From the IMG/VR virus record IMGVR_UViG_3300044632_001319: 64,000 bases of DNA; one strand, 5' to 3'. Below, piece after piece: positions 51,747 to 60,524 of the stretch. Every line of letters begins with the position of its first letter. The stretch's first letter is position 1. Position numbers and translations under genes: made by a program. The notes below the pieces were generated by a model, which had not been told where the DNA came from, ran no database searches, and was given only the letters and a program-made list of their open reading frames with translations. The DNA comes from a virus.

Positions 51747-52305
51747 CATTGTCTCTTTCAAAATCTTCTACTTTTTTATTCTCATTATCCTTAAATTTTT
51801 TCATAGCAGCATCAACTGAAACAAGTGGCACATGAATAATCAATTTTTTATTGGCAAGATCATTGTGAATTTTGTGTATTGGTACAGTGCTTCCTAATCT
51901 GCTGGTGATCAAATCTTGTAATTCAAGTTGTGAACTTGGTTGTTTTCTTGGATTTTCTCCCGTCCATTTATGTATTTTAGTTGCATCCTCATGTTTCATA
52001 TCATGTTTGTCTAGATCGCTGTGATATAGGGATGCATCAAGATGTATTGCTATGACATCATCTGATGGTTGGTGTACCTTTGTTATTGGCAGAGACACTG
52101 TTTTCTTTGGTTCAAATTGTGATTTTGTGCCATAAGACCAATCTAGACTAGAAAATAAGTGATACCTAGCAAATCGTGTAGCGGGTTGATCCAATTCTCT
52201 TTTACTTGAAACATCTCTTTCGGCAGATCCAAAGGTGGAATGTATATAATCATTCCATTCCTGACCTTGCTTTATTTCCAATAATATGGTTTTGAAATTC
52301 TTCAT
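51733..52305 (-). CDS. Hypothetical protein (MKNFKTILLE N-terminus)
   Basis: In operon; internal-protein-like N-terminus. Confidence 0.6.
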   Translation of the reverse strand: MKNFKTILLEIKQGQEWNDYIHSTFGSAERDVSSKRELDQPATRFARYHLFSSLDWSYGTKSQFEPKKTVSLPITKVHQPSDDVIAIHLDASLYHSDLDKHDMKHEDATKIHKWTGENPRKQPSSQLELQDLITSRLGSTVPIHKIHNDLANKKLIIHVPLVSVDAAMKKFKDNENKKVEDFERDNDENI

Positions 52306-52470
52306 TCAGTAATTCCTGTGTCTTTTAAACCACTCAATCTGCTTTAGTCTTTTCAGTGCTGCCTGTTTGCTACCATATTTGCCAAGTTTTTTACCTTTTT
52401 TGCTAAGTATGGTATACTCATCACCGTCTTTTCTAATTGTTTCAGATAAGAGATGCTTAAATTTCTTCAT
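52306..52470 (-). CDS. Small basic protein (MKKFKHLLSE N-terminus)
   Basis: IRK.G.EY.ILSKKGKKLG.Y.SK..A.KRL.QIEWFK; ATG at 52470. Confidence 0.6.
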   Translation of the reverse strand: MKKFKHLLSETIRKDGDEYTILSKKGKKLGKYGSKQAALKRLKQIEWFKRHRNY

Positions 52471-52489
52471 ACATTTATGTATAAAAATT

Positions 52490-52512
52490 GGGGGAACCAA
52501 TTTGGTTCCCCC
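52490..52512 (-). terminator. Hairpin terminator
   Basis: GGGGGAACCA ATT TGGTTCCCCC with an adjacent A-run on + (T-run on -). Confidence 0.7.
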
Positions 52513-52544
52513 CTAGTCCCTTAAGGTAGCGAAGCCCTGCGGCA

Positions 52545-52739
52545 CTAGTGTTTTTTTCTATGAATATGTTTCATGAACTTCTTATTTTCTGTAAAAAATA
52601 AGGTAGGATCTAAATTTCTCTTTCTTGATTCGGTTTTTAGATATTGCAAGAATGCTGGAGTACGAATCAATTCCTGAGAATCTTTTGACCTCATCACTTC
52701 TTTGAGATTATGAGCAAAGGATTTATCCTTCTTCATCAC
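52545..52739 (-). CDS. Small hypothetical protein
   Basis: 64-aa basic ORF. Confidence 0.45.
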   Translation of the reverse strand: MMKKDKSFAHNLKEVMRSKDSQELIRTPAFLQYLKTESRKRNLDPTLFFTENKKFMKHIHRKKH

Positions 52740-52768
52740 TTATATATATACAAGTAAAGGAGATTTTT

Positions 52769-52969
52769 ATGAACAATAAAAATACAACCATAGCAGGTAT
52801 CGGAGCAATATTAATAGCAGTGGGTGCAGTTTTAAGCGCAATGTTTGATGGCGATCCAACAACCAACGCAGATTTTGCAGCAGCAATCGCAGCAGTAATT
52901 GCTGGTGTTGGTCTTATCCTGGCAAAGGACGCAGCAAATAAGGACGGTGGTAACACCCCAGCAAAATGA
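52769..52969 (+). CDS. Putative holin (two TM helices)
   Basis: TTIAGIGAILIAVGAVL and AAAIAAVIAGVGLILAKD; RBS AAGGAG. Confidence 0.6.
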   Translation: MNNKNTTIAGIGAILIAVGAVLSAMFDGDPTTNADFAAAIAAVIAGVGLILAKDAANKDGGNTPAK

Positions 52970-52979
52970 TTGAGGTAAA

Positions 52980-53234
52980 ATGCTTGAAAAACTTGTCGCA
53001 CAATTCGCACTCGCACTCTTCAACTGGTTGGATAAAAGAATCCAGTTGGGTTCGACTGCGGTTGATGCTGATTTGGATCGCGATAAGTTGCACCGTGCTG
53101 GTCGTAGGATCGATGAGTGGTTGCGGGAACAGGACCGTATTCATTCCCGAGGACTCACCCATTCGTCTGGGACCAAAAGCGAAGGTGAGAGTATACACAC
53201 TCCAAAAGGGGGAGTGGACTCTAAGCAACAATGA
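52980..53234 (+). CDS. Putative i-spanin-like protein
   Basis: RBS GAGG, hydrophobic N-terminus, overlapped by a lipoprotein ORF in another frame. Confidence 0.4.
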   Translation: MLEKLVAQFALALFNWLDKRIQLGSTAVDADLDRDKLHRAGRRIDEWLREQDRIHSRGLTHSSGTKSEGESIHTPKGGVDSKQQ

Positions 53235-53310
53235 GGTTCATTTACCAGAAGGATGGTATTGCGTCCCCCCATCCTTTGTAAAAGAAAACGATCCATTACC
53301 AAACAGATGA
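53065..53310 (+). CDS. Putative lipoprotein (o-spanin-like)
   Basis: Hydrophobic LIWIAISCTVLVVG + lipobox-like MSGC, Pro-rich mature part; start uncertain (52966-53065). Confidence 0.5.
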   Translation: MLIWIAISCTVLVVGSMSGCGNRTVFIPEDSPIRLGPKAKVRVYTLQKGEWTLSNNEVHLPEGWYCVPPSFVKENDPLPNR

Positions 53311-53332
53311 TGAAAAAATTGAGAGAGGGAGG

Positions 53333-53358
53333 GGTGGGGGAGAAATCCCCCACCTTTT
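53333..53358 (+). terminator. Rho-independent terminator
   Basis: GGTGGGGGA GAAA TCCCCCACC TTTT. Confidence 0.8.
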
Positions 53359-53376
53359 CATTTAATAAATAATAGT

Positions 53377-54039
53377 ATGAAAAATTTTAAATTTTATCTA
53401 AAAGAAGATCTAGTTGATGTCAAATATGGTAAATTGACACAAGAGGATGAGCAGAAGATAGACGAATCAGATAAAATTATTTCTCAATTCAATAAGAATG
53501 GCATTTTACAGAAGTACAAAAACATGAAAATGCCATCTCCGAACGAGACTGCTGAAGAGATTAAAGAACTCAAACAAATAATGGCAAATGCAACAGACGA
53601 TGATCTGTTCTTCGCAATCAGTGCAGAAGTCGATGAGAATAAGATGTATTTTGATTTTGCAAAGTCACACGGATTGCATCTTCCACCCGATTTCATAAGA
53701 AATATATTCGATCAAACAGATCCAATACTTTTCTATCTTAAGAAATATTATAACAGAGCAAGACCAGAACAATTCGCAGCAGCGAATAATATTCCATTTC
53801 AGGTAGAGATAGCGAACAATGCATTACATCCAGCATGTCCATCTGGTCATGCTCTTGATTCTTTTTTAATGGATCATTTTCTAAGCAAAATGATTAAAAA
53901 TAAAAGAAAAGAAATAAGTGATTTTTGCGAAAAGATGAGAATGAGTAGAGTGCATGTTGGATTACACTACCTATCAGACAATGAAATGTCTAGAATTCTA
54001 GCAAAAGATTTAATAGAAAGCAAACTAATAGAGATTTAA
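53377..54039 (+). CDS. PAP2/haloperoxidase-superfamily phosphatase
   Basis: K..Y.RARP (C1), PSGH (C2), SR...GLHY.SD (C3); N-terminus MKNFKFYLKE. Confidence 0.85.
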   Translation: MKNFKFYLKEDLVDVKYGKLTQEDEQKIDESDKIISQFNKNGILQKYKNMKMPSPNETAEEIKELKQIMANATDDDLFFAISAEVDENKMYFDFAKSHGLHLPPDFIRNIFDQTDPILFYLKKYYNRARPEQFAAANNIPFQVEIANNALHPACPSGHALDSFLMDHFLSKMIKNKRKEISDFCEKMRMSRVHVGLHYLSDNEMSRILAKDLIESKLIEI

Positions 54040-54040
54040 A

Positions 54041-54784
54041 ATGTATAACTTTTTAGATTACATAACAGAAGTATTTGATTTTTCTAGAGAGAATATGGAA
54101 CTGAGTCCAGAAACCAATCTCATTCATTACCATAAGAATGGAATAGAAACAGTATTTGGTCATGACGATATCATGAGAAGAATTCCATTTAAGGAATTTG
54201 TTTTTCATACTCCACTCAGAGATATGCCAAAAGACAAAAGCAATCTTTGGGTTCATGTCATGCACTATCCAGGTGGATATGCCACACAAGGATTAAAGAA
54301 ACCACATCTTCAAGTTCACTTTGATGTAAGTCATGTTACAGATCATGATTACTTAGATACTATGAGAGAACAAAAGAATGCAGAACGCAAGACTGAAGGA
54401 TACGATGATCCTGGTGTAATATATGCAAACACATTTGCAAAACAAAAAGGATTATCATTTAGTCAAGCAGCAGGAGGTAATGCATATAGTGGACTTAGAC
54501 GAGATGCATCACCTGGATTGTCTTTTGCTTTTAGAAAAATTGCACCACATATCGTAAGATCTGCATGGCATGTGTCTAAATTCTATCCAAAAATGCCAAT
54601 AGCATTTAGTGCTGGATCGGATGTTCCTGGTCATGAGAAAAGAAAAATGGCAATGTACAATACAATTGCAGATTCTCTGAAGGATGCTGGATTAGTACAC
54701 GATGATTCCCAATATGTGTATAATCCATATTCTAGTAAAGGTCAAATGCCAATGTTTCATGTGATTCAACCTATTCACAAATAG
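54041..54784 (+). CDS. Hypothetical protein (MYNFLDYITE N-terminus)
   Basis: 247-aa ORF; internal-protein-like N-terminus. Confidence 0.6.
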   Translation: MYNFLDYITEVFDFSRENMELSPETNLIHYHKNGIETVFGHDDIMRRIPFKEFVFHTPLRDMPKDKSNLWVHVMHYPGGYATQGLKKPHLQVHFDVSHVTDHDYLDTMREQKNAERKTEGYDDPGVIYANTFAKQKGLSFSQAAGGNAYSGLRRDASPGLSFAFRKIAPHIVRSAWHVSKFYPKMPIAFSAGSDVPGHEKRKMAMYNTIADSLKDAGLVHDDSQYVYNPYSSKGQMPMFHVIQPIHK

Positions 54785-54974
54785 GGGGGGTACTATCAAC
54801 TTTTGGCACTAGTGGTCGTGATAATGTTCTGATTTAGCAGGGCATACTATCAACTTATCGGACCATCGAAAAAACCTTCCAAATATTTTGATTTTTAAAA
54901 TCATATAATAAAAAAAACGAGATCGTTTTTCAACGATCTCGCATAAGAGAAATTGGGATTCCTTTGTGCGGGAA

Positions 54975-57386
54975 TCAACGCTTGACGGGTTGAGCAATCA
55001 CATCCGCGAATCGGTTGATGAATCCGCGCGAGTTAGCGCGCTGACTGACTGCCTTGAAGAAGGTGTTGCGAACGCGAGTGAAGGTAGCGTTGTCGGGAAG
55101 AAGTTCCAGCGCATCATCCACCTCATCGGTGTCCAACACATTCCCATTCGCGGGAAGAACGAACAGACGATCATACCCGTGATTGATGGCATCGGCAGAC
55201 TCCTCGTAGATTCCCTTGTCGTAATTGTACACCTTTTGCTTGCAAACCTTCGATGCTTCGATGTAACCCTTCTCCATCATGCGCTTGTACTCTTCCTTGC
55301 GGTCAGCAGTGGGATCGGTGTAACGACAATGCCCATGCTTGCCACAGAGGAAGAACCCGATGGTGTTGCTTCCCGTCACATCAGCAAAGATGTGAAGAAG
55401 AGCATCGGTGCTCGTCGGGAAATCAGTCACTTCGTACTGCTTCTTGTTGAACGGGCAGTTCACATAGATCTTCTCCTTGTTGTAACTGCGAGTGTGAATC
55501 ACACTGTGACCAGTATCACCATCGGTGAGGAAGATCGTGTTCACGATCTGAACCTTGTGCTTTGCTTGGAACTTGGGAACAATGTCCATCATCGCAACCA
55601 CGGTGGAATCAAGGGGAGTGTTTCCCTGATTGAATCCAACGGGAACATACAGGGAATCGTGCAGGAAATCCGTATATCCGTTCTTGTCCTTCGCACTACG
55701 AATATCACTGGGACGAGTCACGAACTGACCAAGAGTGAAGACATTCTTGAGTGCCTGAGTGAACTCAAGACTCTTCATCTCTGATGACAGAACATGAATC
55801 AGAGCAAACGCCTCTGACGAACGCTCGTAGTCACCGCCGCTCTTGTGCTTGCTGTACGCAGTCATGGAACCCTGCGAGTCCCACTGATTAGGAATCGCAT
55901 CCATTTGCGAATCGTATGACCCCTTCTCGACAATCTTGAGAACCGAATACTGACTGGTGAACAGGTAGACATCGAACGGAATGCCCATTCGCTTGCAGAA
56001 CTGAGACAGCATCACGACTTGCGTGAGAACATCCTCAGTCACCATCGACATCGAACTCGACCAGTCAATCACCATGACCATGCCATGATTCTTGCCGCTG
56101 GCAATCGTCGCGTAGTTCATGAAGATATCGTCGGTGATCTTGTGCAGACACAGACGATCCGTGTCAAGACGACCACTGCGAGAAACAGTAGTACGCTTCT
56201 GCTCGTCGGCAGCCTTCTTCATCTCAAACTGCTGAACGAGTTGACCGATCAGAGGACGAGTCGTGCCGATGAGTCGCGAATACTTCTCATCAATGTTCGC
56301 CATGATCTTCTTCGCATCACGCGCACTGCTATAGCGAGTCGTGTAGTTCGCGAAGTAGTTCGTCAGGTACGAGTTCACCTTCGTGTAGGGAACGATGATG
56401 TTCTTCGTGATCGGAACAGGCAGTTCGTAGTAGTTCGTGGAACCAACGCGCTTGTTCACCATTCGCTGACTGTTGGAGTCAAAGTTCTTCTGCGTCGAGA
56501 GGTCACCGAAAGTTTGACCAGTTCCCGCACCGTAGGGAGCAGAACCATTGCTGTCATTGTTGCGAGGGTTCTTGGGATCATTGCCACTCGACTGACCCTG
56601 GCCAGGAGTTCCCTGATTTCCGCTGCTAGTGGCAGAGGCAGTACCGTTTCCGTCCTGCTTCTGATTACCCTGCTGCGAAACACCCTGACCCTGCGACGAA
56701 TCCTGACCCTGCTTGCCATTCATTCCCGCGCCAGCACCATCCTGCTTCTGCTTCGGCATGGGAATGTGCTGACGAGTACCACCGATGAACGAGAAGACAT
56801 CGCGAGTCAGATTGCAAGTGTCATCGAACGAATCACACTTCTCAACGCGATCAACGATCTCCTGCTCCTCTGCGGTGAAAGGAATAGCAAGGTGAACACC
56901 AACCTTGAAGTGGAGATTGAGACGATCACCGAAAGACATCTTGGAAACATCCTTGTCCTTCGTACCGAAGAAGTCATTGTCGAACATCTCACGATATCCG
57001 ATGGAGAAGTCGCGACGAAGACCAGGGTACTTCTCCTTGACCTTGCGCTCGATGCGAACATCTTCGATGATGTTCATGAGTCCCTGCACATAGGGAGCGT
57101 GAACATTGCCACCAATGTCTTGGGCAACAGAAGTCCACGGGCCATCGGTGCAGTCTGCTGCCTTACCCGCATCAATGTCAGGAGTGAACAGCGCGTGACC
57201 AACTTCGTGACCGACGAGAAGATCGTAGACCTCCGACGAAACATTCTCCCACACGGGAAGCATGAGTGTGCGGTTGACCACATCAAACATTGCGGTATCA
57301 AGCGCAGGATTGTGAATCACCTTGATGTTCTCCTGCGCGAGAGCCTTGGCGAGAATGGACTTGCTGTTCTTGGTAGAGTGAGTCAT
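54975..57386 (-). CDS. HExxH metallopeptidase-like + VWA (CobT-like) protein
   Basis: LVGHEVGHALFT, NIIEDVRIE, low-complexity linker, MVIDWSSSM MIDAS, NTPL, IFLTDGD. Confidence 0.85.
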   Translation of the reverse strand: MTHSTKNSKSILAKALAQENIKVIHNPALDTAMFDVVNRTLMLPVWENVSSEVYDLLVGHEVGHALFTPDIDAGKAADCTDGPWTSVAQDIGGNVHAPYVQGLMNIIEDVRIERKVKEKYPGLRRDFSIGYREMFDNDFFGTKDKDVSKMSFGDRLNLHFKVGVHLAIPFTAEEQEIVDRVEKCDSFDDTCNLTRDVFSFIGGTRQHIPMPKQKQDGAGAGMNGKQGQDSSQGQGVSQQGNQKQDGNGTASATSSGNQGTPGQGQSSGNDPKNPRNNDSNGSAPYGAGTGQTFGDLSTQKNFDSNSQRMVNKRVGSTNYYELPVPITKNIIVPYTKVNSYLTNYFANYTTRYSSARDAKKIMANIDEKYSRLIGTTRPLIGQLVQQFEMKKAADEQKRTTVSRSGRLDTDRLCLHKITDDIFMNYATIASGKNHGMVMVIDWSSSMSMVTEDVLTQVVMLSQFCKRMGIPFDVYLFTSQYSVLKIVEKGSYDSQMDAIPNQWDSQGSMTAYSKHKSGGDYERSSEAFALIHVLSSEMKSLEFTQALKNVFTLGQFVTRPSDIRSAKDKNGYTDFLHDSLYVPVGFNQGNTPLDSTVVAMMDIVPKFQAKHKVQIVNTIFLTDGDTGHSVIHTRSYNKEKIYVNCPFNKKQYEVTDFPTSTDALLHIFADVTGSNTIGFFLCGKHGHCRYTDPTADRKEEYKRMMEKGYIEASKVCKQKVYNYDKGIYEESADAINHGYDRLFVLPANGNVLDTDEVDDALELLPDNATFTRVRNTFFKAVSQRANSRGFINRFADVIAQPVKR

Positions 57387-57393
57387 AATAAGT

Positions 57394-57421
57394 AATATAC
57401 CACAAATCCATCACTTGTCAA
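57394..57421 (-). promoter_or_regulatory. sigma70-type promoter TTGACA-N16-TATATT (near-leaderless)
   Basis: On the - strand: TTGACA agtgatggatttgTGg TATATT, ATG 7 nt downstream. Confidence 0.75.
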
Positions 57422-57521
57422 GCATAAAATGCCGATTTTTGTGGTGTGATAACCAGGGTCCGATAAATACTATCAACCGCGTCCGATAACAACAAAATGG
57501 TACGATTATTGTTCAAAGATA

Positions 57522-57549
57522 TTGACTCGTAGGCATTTTGTGGTATATT
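57522..57549 (+). promoter_or_regulatory. sigma70-type promoter TTGACT-N16-TATATT (near-leaderless)
   Basis: TTGACT cgtaggcattttgTGg TATATT, ATG 9 nt downstream, no SD. Confidence 0.7.
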
Positions 57550-57558
57550 ATATGAACT

Positions 57559-58755
57559 ATGCCGAAGATCGCCAACAAGCAGCAGTTCCTCACCGCAGTC
57601 AAGTCTCTCGCAAACGGTTCCAATGTTGTGACTCGCGCTCAATGCGTCGAGGCAGCGAATAGCATTGGACTCAAGTACCCTCCCGCCTGGTTCGTTCAGG
57701 ACAAGTCACGCAGTGCTGGTCGTGGAATGTTCCACATCGACATTGCTATCGCAAAGCAGAACAAGAACATGAGCAATACCAATCGCACTACTGTTTCCAC
57801 TCCCGCACCTGATCGTGTCGCAGCATACGCACTCGCGTCGTCTGATGGCACTCGTACTTCTCTCATTCCCGATGTGAACCCTGACTATGTTCCGTTCGGT
57901 CACTTCGAGGATGTGAAGAAGATCATTGAGAGCGGTGTGTTCGCACCCATCGTTCTCACTGGCAATACTGGTACGGGTAAGACTGAGATGATTGAGCAGA
58001 TTTGCGCGAAGTTGAAGCGCGAGTGTCTGCGCGTCAACTTCACTGAGATGACCGACGAGGATTCGCTCATCGGTACTTGGCGACTCGTCAACCGTGACGG
58101 CAACTCCACGATGGAGTGGCAGGATGGTCCTGTGATCGTCGCACTCAAGCGTGGTGCTGTTCTTCTCCTTGACGAGATGGACTGCGGTACTGCCAAGACG
58201 ATGTGCCTTCAGTCTCCGCTCGAAGGCAAGGGCAAGTTCATCGACCGCATCATTGAGAAGATTCCCAACTCTCTGCGCTTCAACATCGTTGCGACTTGCA
58301 ACACGAAGGGCAAGGGTTCGGATGATGGTCGCTTCGTCGGTACTCGCGTGATGAACGAGGCAATGCTCGACCGCTTCGACTTTTGGTTCGAGGTTGACTA
58401 CGCGCCGAAGGCAGTCGAGAAGCGCATTCTGCTCAAGCGAATGAAGTCCTTCGGCAAGGTGGACGAGAACTTCGCTGACTGCCTTGCGAAGTGGGCAGAC
58501 GCCATTCGCATCGGGTTCAACGATGGATCGTTCAGCGATGTCATCACGACTCGTCGCCTCATCAACATCTGCAAGGCGTATGCGATCTTCGGTTGCAAGC
58601 AGAAGGCGTTGAGCATGACTCTCGCTCGCTTCGACAAGGATACGCAGACCGCGTTCATCTCGTTCTACAACAAGATCGACGCAGAGGCGCTGCCTCCTGC
58701 TGCGACTGCTGAAGTCAAGAAGGAGGATCCGCAGAACGACGAAGTTCCGTTTTGA
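57559..58755 (+). CDS. MoxR/CobS-like AAA+ ATPase
   Basis: TGNTGTGKT Walker A, LLLDEMD Walker B, ATCNTKGKGSDDGRF.GT...NEA.LDRF, ITTRRL. Confidence 0.9.
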   Translation: MPKIANKQQFLTAVKSLANGSNVVTRAQCVEAANSIGLKYPPAWFVQDKSRSAGRGMFHIDIAIAKQNKNMSNTNRTTVSTPAPDRVAAYALASSDGTRTSLIPDVNPDYVPFGHFEDVKKIIESGVFAPIVLTGNTGTGKTEMIEQICAKLKRECLRVNFTEMTDEDSLIGTWRLVNRDGNSTMEWQDGPVIVALKRGAVLLLDEMDCGTAKTMCLQSPLEGKGKFIDRIIEKIPNSLRFNIVATCNTKGKGSDDGRFVGTRVMNEAMLDRFDFWFEVDYAPKAVEKRILLKRMKSFGKVDENFADCLAKWADAIRIGFNDGSFSDVITTRRLINICKAYAIFGCKQKALSMTLARFDKDTQTAFISFYNKIDAEALPPAATAEVKKEDPQNDEVPF

Positions 58756-58859
58756 GTCCTACATCTCGACAAACAACATCTACAGCAATCCAATCACAGT
58801 CAACCTCGCTAACCAGTTCTTAAACAAAATCATCACCAAGTTCAAGAAAGAAACCAAAG

Positions 58860-59075
58860 ATGACTACCACTATGCTCTCGACTGCTAACTCGTCCAAGAT
58901 CGACTTCAACGCTCTCGTTGCTCGTTCCAAGAATGGTGAGCGCCTCACCGTCAAGCATCTGTCGAAGGAGTTCAAGATGAAGTCCATCGACCTCCGCAAG
59001 ATGCTCGTTGCTCACTTCGGTGCGAACATCGTCTTCAAGCGTGGTCGCACGGGTGGTATTGCCTTTACCATCTAA
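58860..59075 (+). CDS. Small basic putative DNA-binding protein
   Basis: GC-rich codon usage like the neighbouring ATPase; IVFKRGRTGGI wing-like motif. Confidence 0.55.
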   Translation: MTTTMLSTANSSKIDFNALVARSKNGERLTVKHLSKEFKMKSIDLRKMLVAHFGANIVFKRGRTGGIAFTI

Positions 59076-59102
59076 ATACAAACAACAACCCAGTCAAACG
59101 CA

Positions 59103-59134
59103 AACCCCCCGAGTAATCGGGGGGTTGTTTTTTT
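59103..59134. terminator. Rho-independent terminator between convergent genes
   Basis: AACCCCCCGA GTAA TCGGGGGGTT GTTTTTTT. Confidence 0.85.
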
Positions 59135-59135
59135 A

Positions 59136-60524
59136 TTATCTCGCTACTCCTGATGCGATCATTTTAGATCTTGACAATATCAATTCTCTTGCTGTGTCTA
59201 GACTTGGTGTTTGCCAACTTCTAGTATTCAAATCAAACTTTCCAATAGATCTATGTAGTTGATCTACATGATGATGAAATATTTGTGATGGTGGTTGTTG
59301 AATTCCAAATTTATCTACATCTCTTCTTGCATCTTCATGCTGAGTAAATGTTGGATGTGTAGTCAGTATATGATGCGCATGACCAAACATGTCAATCAAT
59401 TCTTGTTTTTTGAATCTTGCTGCTGATATGTCTTTGAGAAGTAAATGTTGTATTTTTTTATTTTTGTCGCCACTGTGTGATGGTGGTGTAAACCAATAAC
59501 TCTTTCCCCACAATTCACGATTGGTTTTCTTAAATTCTTCTATTGCTGGATCATTACGATGTCTCAGTCCAGTCATAGGATGAGTGCCAGTTTGTGTGTG
59601 CGCTGGAACATGATAACTTCCAACATCACCGATATCAATTGATGAAGGATCAAATGCATATTTCTTCACCATTCTTATTCTCTCTTCTCCGTTCATGTGA
59701 GGAGAATAAATCATATGCCCCCGTATTGCTGCTGAAAGTTGTTGATGTATTGTGCCACGACTTTCATATGAGTCAAGAAAATTATGAAAATCGTGTCTTA
59801 CATGAGGATCTGTCAATGTGTCGGAAAACAAAGCAAGCAATGGTTTTTTATTAGATGCTGAAATAATTGGTTCTTTAAGATCAGCATTTCTACTTCCTAT
59901 ACCACCATGACTTGTGTCATTATGAGCAACCGAAAGAAGATCTCTCACATTTGTGGGAGTAAGTTCTTTTTTTGGATTTGCATCATGAAACTCAGGGTGT
60001 GACATCAATCTCTTTATTTGTTTTGATATCTGAAATTGTTCTTTTTGTGGAATTGGATTTATATGATATCTGTGTTCTTCGTCAACTGCTTGTAGATCAG
60101 ATAAAGATGGTTCAAGTCGTTTTCTATAGTCTTTGAAGGTTGAGGATAAAGCAAATAAGTGTTTATGAAGTTCCTCAAGATCAGTAATTCGATCACCGTG
60201 ATCTATTAATCTCTTTCTTAATATTTGAGTTACTGCTGGGTGAAAATTATTTCCCATTCGTAGTCCCGAAGTAATATCATCTGAAGGAGGAGCAACTTCA
60301 ATTCTTCCACTTTTTTGCGTTGCTTCATCATCTAGATTAGGACTCCATTGAACATTTGGTTTTAATGGTGCTTCCTTTGTTGTTCGTAGTATGTGATGAA
60401 TTGCAGCAAATCCGAATGGAGTAGATGGCACTAACCCACTTTTGTCGAGTTGCGTTTCGACTAATGAACGAATGTGAGGAGATGTTGTGATGTCGTAATC
60501 TTTGAAAGGAACATGATCTTTCAT
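59136..60524 (-). CDS. His-rich hypothetical protein
   Basis: 462-aa ORF coupled (ATGA) to the upstream gene. Confidence 0.65.
   Translation of the reverse strand: MKDHVPFKDYDITTSPHIRSLVETQLDKSGLVPSTPFGFAAIHHILRTTKEAPLKPNVQWSPNLDDEATQKSGRIEVAPPSDDITSGLRMGNNFHPAVTQILRKRLIDHGDRITDLEELHKHLFALSSTFKDYRKRLEPSLSDLQAVDEEHRYHINPIPQKEQFQISKQIKRLMSHPEFHDANPKKELTPTNVRDLLSVAHNDTSHGGIGSRNADLKEPIISASNKKPLLALFSDTLTDPHVRHDFHNFLDSYESRGTIHQQLSAAIRGHMIYSPHMNGEERIRMVKKYAFDPSSIDIGDVGSYHVPAHTQTGTHPMTGLRHRNDPAIEEFKKTNRELWGKSYWFTPPSHSGDKNKKIQHLLLKDISAARFKKQELIDMFGHAHHILTTHPTFTQHEDARRDVDKFGIQQPPSQIFHHHVDQLHRSIGKFDLNTRSWQTPSLDTARELILSRSKMIASGVAR

Noticed and set aside
54966-57395. Long + strand ORFs 54966-55784 and 56019-57395
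   Set aside because: Antisense shadows of the GC-rich VWA gene caused by codon bias; no motifs or RBS
54975-58755. Cobalamin biosynthesis (cobS/cobT) supporting the B12-dependent RNR
   Set aside because: No cobN or other cob genes in the window; phage AAA-VWA pairs of this type are not shown to be cobaltochelatases
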